From Paraspadella gotoi (Eukaryota > Animalia > Chaetognatha): a DNA stretch of 64,000 nucleotides. The notes beneath the pieces are model-generated. The model was not told the origin of the DNA, did no database searches, and was given only the letters and a program-made list of their open reading frames with translations. Positions 48,263 through 59,572 of this stretch are shown here, in pieces (within the stretch, counting starts at the first letter, position 1; each line of letters starts with the position of its first letter). The position numbers and the translations under genes are program-made. The stretch covers positions 22,628,580 to 22,692,579 of the forward strand of contig CM119268.1 of assembly GCA_051294375.1 (NCBI GenBank), read 5' to 3'.

Positions 48263-50600
48263 GTAGACGAGAATCTCGCTTAAAAAAAAATTCCAAAAAT
48301 TTTTCTAATAGAGAATTGCCGTTCAAATCTGACTACCCAATTGGCAAACGCGTTTGCGCAGAGAATTCGGTTAAAAAAACATTTGTAAAAATGCAACGAT
48401 TCCCGAGAGCGTTACAATCTGAAGAGCTTGTCCTATTCGTTTTATGGCATTTGATAAAAGGATTTAATATCAAACAAGCCAGGGGAAATGCACTACTCAT
48501 CTCCGGAGCATTATCAAACCTCATTTTTTACTATTAGAAAATGAAAGGGAAAGTTTACAAACTTAAAAATGCAAACTAGGATTGCTATATGTTCCTGTAC
48601 ATGAGCGACTTCGAATTTTGCGATTCTGATAGCTTTGTGTCTGAAGAGCTTGTCCTATTTTTCTTTTTATTTTATAATGATTTTGACATAAAATGATCAG
48701 GTTTAAATGAAATAGTCCGGTTTGAATTGCGAAATTTTTATTTAAAAAAGAATTAAAAGGAAGGTTGAGAAAAACTGATTTTTCCTAATATCTTTTGAAT
48801 GAATAAAGATAAAGGGATGGCATAGTACAAATGAAGCCATAATCATAGGGCACATGCAAGATACAATTTTAGAATTAACTTATGCTGAAACCTCCTTACA
48901 AGGTGAGTGTCAAACTAAGTCAAAATTATAATGAATTTTAAACTGACACCCCATAAAATAAATGAAAATTTAATTCTTTTTAATGATTCTGAAGAAAAAA
49001 GGCTAAATTGTACTCTAGTAAACTTCAAAGTTTTTTGGATAAAGAAAATTTGAATTTTTTGTCACTTAAATATTTGCTTGTCTGATTTTACAAGCATGCT
49101 TACAAAATTCTACAAAATATTATTTACCCATCACAGCCTAAGTATTTATCCTTCTTTTCCACCAGCAACAAAGTAAACATTATCTTATTGAAGAGAACAG
49201 GATGTTTACTGAAAGGAGCCGGAAGCCATTCAACTTCTTCACTTTGAATGTTATTTTTTAATTATTTAACTCTCACAGGCTTCATATAGATATTACCTTT
49301 CATAATATCCCAATGTTAATGTAATTTATTATATTTTTTACCCAGAAATCATAAAATAACAGAAAGTTGTGGATTCCCTTCGCTCGTTTAGAAAAAAAAA
49401 ATTAACTAGCGGAATTATAAGTATGTAAGTAGACGAGAATCTCGCTAAAAAAAAATTCACATTTTTCTATAGAGAATTCCGTTCAAATTCTGACTACCCA
49501 AATTGCAAACGCATTTGCCAGAAATTCGGGTAAAAACACTTGTAAAAACGCACGATTCCGAGAGTGTTACATCTGAAGAGCTTGTCCTATTCGTTATTAT
49601 GGCATTTGATAAAGGATTTAATATCAAACAAGCCAGGGAAATGACTACTCATCTCCGGAGAATTTTCAAACCTCATTTTTACTATAGAAATGAAAGGGAA
49701 AGTTTACAAACTTAAAATTGCAAACGGGATTGCTATAATGTTCCTGTTACATGAGCGACTTCAAATTTCGCGATTCTGATAGCTTTATGTCTGAAGAGCT
49801 TGTCCTATTTTTCTTTTTTCATTTTATAATGATTTTGACATAAAATGATCAGGTTTAATGAAATAGTCCGGTTTGAAATCGCGAAATTTTTATTTAAAAG
49901 AAATTAAAAGGAAGGTGAGAAAAAACTGATTTTCCTAATATCTTTTGAAGGAATAAAGATAAAGGGATGGTAATAGTACCAAATGAAGCCATAATCATAG
50001 GGCACATACAAGATACAATTTATAATTACTTATGCTGAAACCTCCTTACAGGTGAGTGTCAAACTAATCAAAATTATAATGAATTTTAAAACTAATGACC
50101 TATAGAAATAAATGAAAATTTAATCTTATTAATGATTCTGAAAGAAAAAAGGCTAAATTGTACTCTAGTAAAACTTTAAAGTTTTTTGGATAAAGAAAAT
50201 GTGAATTTTTTTGTCACTTAAATATTTGTCTTGTCTGATTTTACAAGCATGCTTACAAAATCCTACAAATATTATTCACCCCATCACAGCCTAAGTATTT
50301 ATCTTTCTTTTTCCACCAGCAAAAAGTAAACATTATTTTATGCTAGAGAACAGGGATGTTACTGAAATGAGCCGGAAGACATTCAACTTCTTCACTTTAC
50401 TGTCATTTTTCAATAATAAAATAGGCGAATTTTTTAATTATTTAACTCTCACAGGCTTCACAAGACTTATACTTTCATAATATCCCCAATGTTAATGTAA
50501 TTTTATTATATTTTTTACCCAGAAATCATAAAAATAACAGAAAGTGTGGATTCCCTTCGCTCGTTTAAGAAAAAAAAATTAACTAGCGGAATTATAAGTT
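48263..50600. repeat. two tandem copies of a ~1.17-kb AT-rich repeat (probable non-autonomous transposon); again at ~59619-61916
   Basis: Units start gtagacgagaatctcgct (48263, 49429) and end actagcggaattataagt; internal repeated motif tctgaagagcttgtcctatt. Confidence 0.85.
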
Positions 50601-51020
50601 TGTAGAGGAAGTCAGAATCGGCGAAATCTTAAATGGCGAGAATGTTGAAAAAAGGGGTGGAATTTTGTTGGGTTTCCTAAGATTTTTCCACAATGTGAGG
50701 TCCGATTAAAGCCGAAACTTGAGATTTACAATATTCCCGTCATTCCACATCTATCGAACAAAAATATAAGAAAAAAGTTACTGGCTTCTTTTCTATAGCG
50801 GCTTCCTAATGTAAGAGGAAGTCAGATCTGGCGAAAATCTTAAAAGGCGAGATTTTGAAAAAAGGGGTGGAATTTTGATGGGTTTCCTAAGATTTCTCCA
50901 CAATGTGAGGTCCGATTAAAGCAAAACTTGAGATTTACAATATTCCCATCATTCCACATCTATCGATATAAAAATATAAGAAAAAAGTCAATGGCTTCTT
51001 TTTCTATAGCGGCTTCCTCA
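50601..51020. repeat. two tandem ~210-bp units with short terminal inverted motifs AGGAAGTC...GGCTTCCT; again at ~61917-62325
   Basis: Unit repetition directly visible. Confidence 0.8.
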
Positions 51021-52175
51021 TGAATGAATTAAACGATTTAAGAGACAATGTCAAGTCAGGGCCTTGAATCACAAAAAAAAAAGATCGTTATGAAGCCTAA
51101 CTCTGGCCATAGCGTTGCCATAAGAGAAGAAAAGGTTGTATACAACTATACATATAAGATAACTGTTTAATTAATGCTTTGTATAAACCGTCTGAAGAAG
51201 TACTTATGAATTGTTTTATGACACAATGAAAAATAACGTGGCGAAACCGGTCTCGTGCTGATTTTGTCTTTTTAAAATTGTTTCTGAAGCCAATTAATTG
51301 ATCATTACTTTTGGTAATATGTGCGATATACACTACTGAACATTACTGTATCTGACCATAAACCTTGACATCAACAAAAAAGCTAACTAGATCAAAAATA
51401 GTAAAAAGATGAAGCAATATAGCTCGAAACGCTTACAAAATTTTAGACCATTGCTTTTATAAATGCAAAAAAAATATTAATATTATTAAAACAAAACTTT
51501 AACGATAACCTAATAGTTAACCGAGACCAAGATGAATATTTTTTACCCATCATTTCTTCAATTTATATGAATCATTTGTTTGTAATTAGTCAATTAATCT
51601 AAATAACAATATGACAAATTCATTTTCAATTTTCTTTATGAATGGGGAAGTTTCTCTACTTCCCTTGTGTCTCATTATTTAATATTTTAAAGGTATTTTC
51701 AAAAACCTTATATAATTATTATATTTTTCAATTTTTTAAATTCTTTCAAACAAAAACAACTCATAAAGACATTTTAAATTAATAAAAAAAAGTGATTGAA
51801 TAATTTTGGAAAAAAATATTTTGAAACTTGAGAATAATGAATTATGAGTCAGGAAAAAAATAATTTGCAATTCTAAAAAAAATCAGCCTCGAGCCTTTCG
51901 ATTTTTTAGAGGCTGATTTTTTTATTTTTTTTGATATTTTGATTTTCTATGCCAAACCATTATTCTCAATGAGCATAGGTTGGATGAAATTTTTTTTCCA
52001 ACATTGAAAAAATTTTACTTTTCTATTAGGCTTTTTTTGGGGAAATAAATAAATAAATTATTATACGATGGGTACATCTAAAGTGATGTCTTAAATGACA
52101 AAAAAATTTTCTCAAGTTTTATTTTAGTAGAAATAATTTGAGTTATTTGCAACAACGATTTTATTAGTACATAAG

Positions 52176-52218
52176 GACGTACATGTTTCGGATTTAGTTA
52201 CAAGCCTTCTTCAGCGTC
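52176..52218 (-). ncRNA. minimal type I hammerhead ribozyme in the PLE pLTR
   Basis: GACG-CTGAAGA-AGGCTTGTAACTAAATCC-GAAAC-AT-GTA-CGTC (one stem II mismatch). Confidence 0.75.
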
Positions 52219-52269
52219 ATAGAGAAAAATTGTTTTGTGAACTTTTACAAATTGTTTGTGCAAAGGAAA

Positions 52270-52314
<45 letters not shown>

Positions 52315-53278
52315 CAAAGTTTCCAACACAGAGTTGAGAAAAGAATAGTGGTCAGATGTGAGGACAGGTCAAGGTGAAGACAGATTGAGTTAGACTGTGA
52401 AAAGAAATTAAATGGTGAAAAATTTTGAGAGAGAGGAGAGAGAACAGAAGAGAGAAGAGAGAGAGAGAAGAAAAAAAAGGAAATTAGTACAATACATTGT
52501 GGCAATGTACACAAAGATAAATGATTTAAACTAACAGTGAATAAATATTTTTAACATTAACTACTTAATAAATAATTGAGTATAAAACAGTGAAATTGAA
52601 ATGTGAAAGGAAAGAGAGAAATTAAGTTTTAGAAGATATTAATGTGGAAAGTGAAATTTAAGAATTAAGAAAGAGCTCAAAATGAGCTGGCCCCCTTTGG
52701 TTGAAGCAAATGAGAGGTAGTGACGATGTGGTCGAGTCATTGGCGCGTCAGTGGCTGAGAGGTCATATCGATTGAGCCTGTATGTGATTGGACTGGGTAG
52801 GCTTCCTTGCGGGAAGAGTCAAAGGCACCCTGATGTCTCTCTGGCCTGGTACGCCTGTCGACTGCCCTCTTCTCGTCTGCTGGTTTTCGAGATGGGATGG
52901 TTGTCCGTTCTGCCGCTTTTGCGACATGAGTTGTGGACTCCTCTCCTTCCTCAGCAGCCGCCTTTTGGTGGGCGCTTACTCCACAGAGAGAGGAGTGAGT
53001 TGCTGCAGTTGAAGGAGAGGCATCGTTTGCCCATTGCCTGCGCAAAGGTCTCCCCTTGTTTCGTTGAGTAGAAAAGGGGGAGTCATTGTGCGACGTGGTG
53101 GTGGCGGGGCCTCCACCACGCTTTTGATAAGCCGTAGTCATAGCTTGGAGGGAGATAGAATCGTCTCCATCACGATTCAAAGAGGGCCCTGTGCCTCTCT
53201 CTCTCTCATCTCTCTCTCTTCTCTCTTCTTTTCCTTGCCAAAACAATTGTAAAAGTTCACAAAACAATTTTTCTCTAT

Positions 53279-53320
53279 GACGCTGAAGAAGGCTTGTAAC
53301 TAAAGCCGAACATGTACGTC
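53279..53320 (+). ncRNA. minimal type I hammerhead ribozyme in the inverted pLTR (GAAA written as GAA)
   Basis: GACG-CTGAAGA-AGGCTTGTAACTAAAGCC-GAAC-ATGTA-CGTC. Confidence 0.65.
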
Positions 53321-53619
53321 CTTATGTACTAATAAAATCGTTTTGTGCAAATAACTCAAACTTATTTCTACTAATCCAAACACAACGAAAAGAAGGAAAT
53401 TCGCTATGCCTAAGTTTTATTTTGAAATTTAAGNNNNNNNNNNNNNNNNNNNNNNNNNTCTCTCTCTAATTCGATACAGATTCCGGTCGCCGGAACGGAA
53501 ATGGTCCGCCCCTGCACCGCGTGCGACGGGAAGGGTTGGGCATTTTGCTGGAAATGCGACCAGGTTCTTTCACCAATCATCATCTTTCTTTCANNNNNNN
53601 NNNNNNNNNNNNNNNNNNG

Positions 53620-54006
53620 AAAGATGATGATTGGTGAAAGAAAGATGGTGATTGGTGAAAGAAAGATGGTGATTGGTGAAAGAAAGATGATGATTGGTGA
53701 AAGAAAGATGGTGATTGATGAAAGAAAGATGATGATTGGTGAAAGAAAGATGATGATTGGTGAAAGAAGGATGGTGATTGATGAAAGAAAGATGATGATT
53801 GGTGAAAGAAAGATGATGATTGGTGAAAGAAAGATGGTGATTGGTGAAAGAAAGATGGTGATTGGTGAAAGAAAGATGTGATTGTGAAAGAAAGATGATT
53901 GGTGAAAGAACCTGGTCGCATTTCCAGCAAAATGCCCAACCCTTCCCGTCGCACGCGGTGCAGGGCGGACCATTTCCGTTCCGGCGACCGGAATCTGTAT
54001 CGAATT

Positions 54007-54043
<37 letters not shown>

Positions 54044-56170
54044 GAGAGAGAGAGAGAGAGAGACAAAGACGAAAACTGAGACCATTTCCCATAATAAGAA
54101 TAAAAGAAACTTGAAAAATAGGTACCACAACGGCTTCGTTCTCCCAAAGCGTCCCGTTCGTTGGGCCTCTTTCGAATTCCCACGGACCCAAAACGGGGGC
54201 GGGGGCGGGGCTCTCCGGACCGTCGCGTACCGTCGCCTGCGTCGACGAAGAGCGTCACGTCACTTCGATACGAGGGCCAAACGGGTCAAGAACCCTCACT
54301 GACCGTGGTAGGGAAATTTGATCCACTGAGCGCTGCGTCTTTCCATGAAAGATTCCAACTTGTATCTGAGGGAAAAGAAATGGTGGTGGGGGGGGGAGGG
54401 GTTGCCCCGGTTGGGATGGCGGGAAATAACGTGGAAGACGAATGACGAGAAACATTAACTCATTATCATTATTATATATACATACGACAGAAGGCTTCGT
54501 ATTAAAAAATTCTCTTTCGATTTTTCGAGCCCAGAATCGGTTGATGGTTTTTGACATACAGTATTCTTATGGCGATGCAAATAGAACTGTCGGGCCCTTT
54601 TTGATATGCCTCTCCTGAGTCGAGATACAGGCCTCCTGTGAGGCTAAAAATGGGAAAAAAATTGTTTTTCAGGAGGGGAAAAAAATGTTGCATCCAAGAC
54701 ACTTAAGATATAGATCGTCTTTATTGTGGTAAAAAAAGGGTTTTTGAACCGATTTTGATAAAATTTTAGTTCATTTTTCAGGGCCCTGTATCTCAGCGCA
54801 GGGGTTGAATTTGGAAAATCGCCTCGATAGTTCTATTTGCATCATTGACACTACCTCTCCGAAATTTCATCCATTTTGGTCCGGTAGTTTCCTCGGAACT
54901 GATTCCGGCTCGAAAAATAGAAAGCGCATTTTCTAATATGAAGCCTTCTGTATAAAGTCTTTCAATGAATGATTAATCGTTTCTTCTTTAAATCCCAAAC
55001 TCTACAGACAGACAAAAAATTGAGCAAGGCCGCAAATGCTACTGCAAATGCTAATGCAAATGCTACTGCAAATGCTTGGCGCTGAGGACCTGTATCGATG
55101 CCGTTCGATAACCGATTCGATCTTCAACTCGCGAAGAACGTCGTAGTGTTTAAATCCCGATCGCCTCCACAACCAAACTTTTGAAAGTCTTTCGAATCTC
55201 TGGATCTGGCAAACTGAACCATTACAGATTTCTTAATAAATTCTGAAAAAAAAAACCTATCGATCAGTCAATCAACTTAACAAATTAGCTACCCCCGTCA
55301 GCCAAAATCCGATGATACGAAAGAAAATTAATTATACGTAAACTATACGCCCAATTATAAAATTTTATAACACCAATTGAAAAAAAAATTATTGACGTTT
55401 TTAAAAAGTTCAAAACATCGCTTTAAAAAGCTTTAAAACATTCTTCAAAATGCTATCAAAGCCAGTACAAAAAACTTGACATCGCTGAAAAAATTCTTCT
55501 ACATGAAACAAAAAACCTTGTCCAAAAGCAGCTCTAATTTTTTATTATTACAAAAGTCGAATGCTCATAACTTTGGTTTCTGCTTACAAACCTTTTAGTT
55601 CTAAAAAAAGCAAAAAAACAAAAAAAATTTACAGGTTGGAACCTAAGAATAGCTAAGGAATATCCTCTCTTCTCGAACAGATTTTTCTTGAAAAATTAAG
55701 TAAAAAACTTTAGTTTTTCAATATAGGACAAGCTAATTATAGGAAGTGAATAAACATCTTCGTCTTGCCAATAATCTTTTAGCACAAAAAAGCAGTCTTA
55801 GAAATTGCTTAATCAGCCAGCTAAAATTATTTGAATAAAGGCTAGAGCTTCATTCTCTCAGGAATCAAAAGTTTATGGACTTAATAGTGGGCAAAAAAAA
55901 CACCAATATATCTGTAACACTGCCTTAAAAACTTGTTCATTGCACTCGATTTTTAACAAAATACGATTTGCCAACAATTTGGCGATTTTATCATCTTTGT
56001 GAGAAAATAGATTTGAAGTTGTTAATGATAATTGATTAAAAATAAAATTTATACACAAAAAACGTCAAGTAGTTATTTATCATTTAAAAAAGTCTGAGTA
56101 AGTCTATCTCATCTCAATAAAGTACGGCAATGGTTTCTTTCATATCATCGGATTTGGCTCACGGGGCAAT
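53620..56170 (-). repeat. inverted near-identical copy of ~42385-44950 (two MITEs, four SSUH2-like exons, minisatellite)
   Basis: For example, 56141-56170 is the reverse complement of 42385-42414; bounded by N gaps on the left. Confidence 0.93.
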
Positions 56171-56261
56171 TTCACCAATCACCATCTTTCTTTCACCAAT
56201 CACCATCTTGCTTTCACCATCTAATTCACTCTCCTCATTCTCTCTGCGATTGTCTCCTCAG

Positions 56262-58142
56262 GCTGGAAAATATTTGTGTTATTGGTGCGACGGGAAGGGC
56301 GGGTTTTACGATGGAGAGGGACACTGGAAGTATTGCTGGACATGCAGGGGAATCGGTAAGGACATTGTCCCCCCTCCTTACCCGAGGAATTTTCGGTTCA
56401 AAGAAATAATCCTTGAACTAAATGAAGATCGTTCTGATGCGATTTATTCTTGAGTGAAAAGAGCCCAAATCCTCTTCCCCCTCCCCCGCCAGGCGTGGTC
56501 TATTGCACGGTCTGCAAAGGTTTCTCCAAGATCGTCTGCTCGTATTGCGAGGGATTTTTCGAAGTTAAGTTCTTCATTCTGCTTAAGATCGAGTTTTTCT
56601 CCAAAGTCAGCAAGTATTACTACGAAGAGGTCAAGACCGACGTTCCTCTGCAAAAAGAAAAGGTCAGTTTTTACTTTTATATATTATTTATTGTGATCGA
56701 AATTTAGAAACTTACTTTTCCGATCGTCTTTCTTTTATTGGCTTTCTCTCGTGTCTTCTCTTTTCTTCTCTCCTCTTTTCTTCTCTTTTCTTATCTTATT
56801 CTCTTCTATTCTCTTATCTTCCTCCCTCGTTCTCTTTTTTTCCCTTTCTCTATTCTTCCCTCCTTTTCTTTTCTCTTTTATTTTCTCTTCCCTCCTCTTT
56901 TCTTCTCTTATTCTCTTCTATTCTCTTATCTTCCTCCCTCTTCTCTTTTTTTCCCCTTCTCTATTCTTCCCTCCTTTTCTTTTCTCTTTTCTTTTCTCTT
57001 CCCTCCTCTTTTCCCTTCTTTTTTTTTACCTTTCCCCCCCCCTGCCGCCACGTAGAAGTGGACGGGGTGTCGGAGCGGGAGCGGGAAACGGATCTTCGAA
57101 CAAGAAAACACCACCGTGGCTCCCTTGTCCAACTTCGACGTCCCCGATCTCAATTTGGCTTCGAAAAGGTTTTCTACTTCCTAACACGGGGAACAACTCT
57201 ATAAGTCACTTTTCGGACGGTCGGTCGGTATGTCTGTACGTCGGTCTGTCCCACTTACGTTAAAAGACGAAATGCTCATAACTCACCTATACTTGGTTGC
57301 TCATTTGTTAAGAAGGGGAAAAAACCTCAAATCTAAGTGACTGCTAACGCCGCCTTTAGGAAATCCTAAAACTATAAAGAATATAAGACAGGATTCTGAT
57401 GCAGCACGTGTCATAAATATACGGGCTATGAAAGTTATTTTAGTTAAAACTTGGTAGAATGGTAAGACATTTTGTACTAAATGCTACTTTTGCAAATGTT
57501 TCAAACTTGTGTAGTTACGTCACATAATCACAAAGTAATTGCGGCATATTTCGTGTAATGTCTGGTTGTTTGATATGAAACTTTTTCAGAGTAGTGATCA
57601 ACCATAACGCAATTGTTATACATAAATTTCCTAGTCATGTAGTCATGTGATCACAGGGAAATACACGCTAAAAGAAAGTCACTGCGGCGAAACACATTGG
57701 ATGGACCGATCTTGTTCAATTATAGTTTTACATTTTCTTTGTGTTTATTCGTTTTTTCCTTCATTTTTTTCGTTTCCCATTTAATTTTTAACGTCTCTTC
57801 TTCTCTCACTCATTTTCGTTTCATCGCCGTTTTCTCATTACAATTCACATCTTACAACTTCTCCCGCAGTTTCATGCACAAACACGAGAATCCTCAACAG
57901 GGTCTTCGCATTCATCACCAGCGCCACTCGGTGGACGTCATTCCCATCTACCAAATAACCGCCTCGTGGAAAGACAACCGGTTGGTCGATCCCTGTAAGT
58001 CAGTCGGTCAGTCATATTAACCCGATCGTCCGCCGAATTCAGTTTTCAATTTTGGATCTACGGTCAAGAGAATCACCGGAAAATCTTCTTTCCCGACGCT
58101 GACGAGGTTCTTCCCCCTCGAAAAGCCTGTTGCCGCCTTTGA
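56262..58142 (+). CDS. second copy of the 3' exons of the SSUH2-like gene (partial; upstream exons lie inverted at ~53930-55215)
   Basis: AGKYLCYWCDGKG...; HSVDVIPIYQITASWKDNR; FQFWIYGQENHRKIFFPDADEVLPPRKACCRL*. Confidence 0.6.
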
Positions 58143-58600
58143 GCGCCTGAAGGAGGTTCCACCAAGATCTTCCAGAGTCGCGACGCCGATCGTCGCTAGA
58201 ATATCTTCTGGTTATTCCCTCTCGAGCCGTTCAAAGCCGATCGGCGGGGAAAAAAAGGCGGAAAGCCGGAGGCTGTCGCTCCTTTTGCCGATCGAGAAGA
58301 AAAGAGAACTCCCAGCGGCGAAACATACTTTCATGATTTTTTCTCTCCTATATTTTTCTCTGTCCATCCGAAAAAAAAAAGGCACAAATATTTATATTTT
58401 AATGAGTTTTTATTCTTTATTAGGGTAAAAAAAAATTGAGGAAAAAAATAGTTATTCGTTTTCCATGATGTTAGAGAAGGAGAAGTTTGACGATTAGAAA
58501 ACTTTTGAGATCCTCGCTCATCTTTCTCTTCCGCTTTTTCAATCGGCCTTTTCGCTTCTTTCCACTTTGCCCAACTTTCAAATTTCTCGCAAATATCTCT

Positions 58601-58636
<36 letters not shown>

Positions 58637-58653
58637 AAAGCCCTCTCTCCTCT

Positions 58654-59572
58654 CTAATTCATCGATCCGCCGACTCCCATAATCATCATAAGGAGGAAGC
58701 AAACGTCACAGTAGAGGATAACGGCGGCGACGGCGTAGTCAGCCTCGTCAAACTTGTGGCGTCGCTTTTTTCCACCACAGATCATTTGAATGTCTGGAAG
58801 ATCGAATCGAAGAAAGAAAAATAATAAAAGGTTCCGCTTACGATCCGACTCTTTCAGACAACGAAATCTATACTTAACTAAAAAAAAATTATCAGATTTT
58901 TTTTTAATCAATGTCAGTATATTTCTGATTTTTTAAAACTACAGAATGAGTTTAAAATATTTTTTTATAAAAAAAAATGTAAGTCGCAAAATGTTACAAA
59001 TTAAAAGTCGTTTTCAAATAAAAATATTTTTTTAAAAATTTTAAAATTAATTTAAACCAATTTAAATTATTTTTGTTTAACAAATTATAATAAAAACTGA
59101 AACTGCAACTTTTTGACTTATTAACTTTAAAAATAATTCATAGGCAAACTATAAATTATTTAAAAAAATAAATTTTCCTAGGGGTAAAGAAGATAAAAAA
59201 AAACCCAAATTCAAAGTAAAAATTTTTTTTCAACTTTTTTTGGCATTCAAATCAGAAGACAAAAGTAAAAATGAACCTTTTTTTTTCTAAAAGTTATTTG
59301 CAAGCTTGAGAACTTTGGATCAGACTGTCGTCTGCCACTTCAAGCTTACTACCATTGACACCCATGGGGAGCGAAACCACATTAAAACCTCGGCGAGGTC
59401 AAACCCGGCACTCACCTATAACGATCATAATGGAAAAGATTAGAGTCCCGACCAAACAAAAGATTAACTCCAACCATCTGTTGTAGAAGAAAATAAAGAG
59501 GAATCCGAACGCACAAAAGACCAAAAAAACGGCGCACATGATCCCGAGCAACATCGTAAAATCGCACTTGGA
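58654..59572 (-). CDS. last two exons (59416-59572, 58654-58793) of the TMBIM/Lifeguard gene, intact copy
   Basis: SKCDFTMLLGIMCAVFLVFCAFGFLFIFFYNRWLELIFCLVGTLIFSIMIVI|DIQMICGGKKRRHKFDEADYAVAAVILYCDVCFLLMMIMGVGGSMN*; matches the family pattern DFT..GALLFS..L..DTQ..GG..S.EEY..AA..LY.D. Confidence 0.85.

Larger units (their letters stand above)
52126..53411 (-). mobile_element. 5'-truncated Penelope-like retroelement: end of the GIY-YIG ORF, 3' UTR/pLTR, plus an inverted pLTR with a 37-nt tail; 12-bp TSD
   Basis: TSD AAGTTTTATTTT at 52114-52125 and 53412-53423; ~190-bp inverted repeats 52124-52315 / 53186-53374; minus-strand PSLNRDG(G)RFYLPPSYD at ~53137-53186 (one frameshift); hammerheads followed by AATAAA in both arms. 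Confidence 0.85.

Noticed and set aside
48415-48490. CTGAAGA-GCTTGT...ACAAGC as a possible hammerhead in the 1.17-kb repeat
   Set aside because: The stem is not followed directly by GAAA and no stem I/III or UH site fits.
52737-53267. 176-aa minus ORF as a host gene
   Set aside because: Spans the inverted pLTR, GA tract and PLE 3' region; only the PSLNRDG remnant is meaningful.
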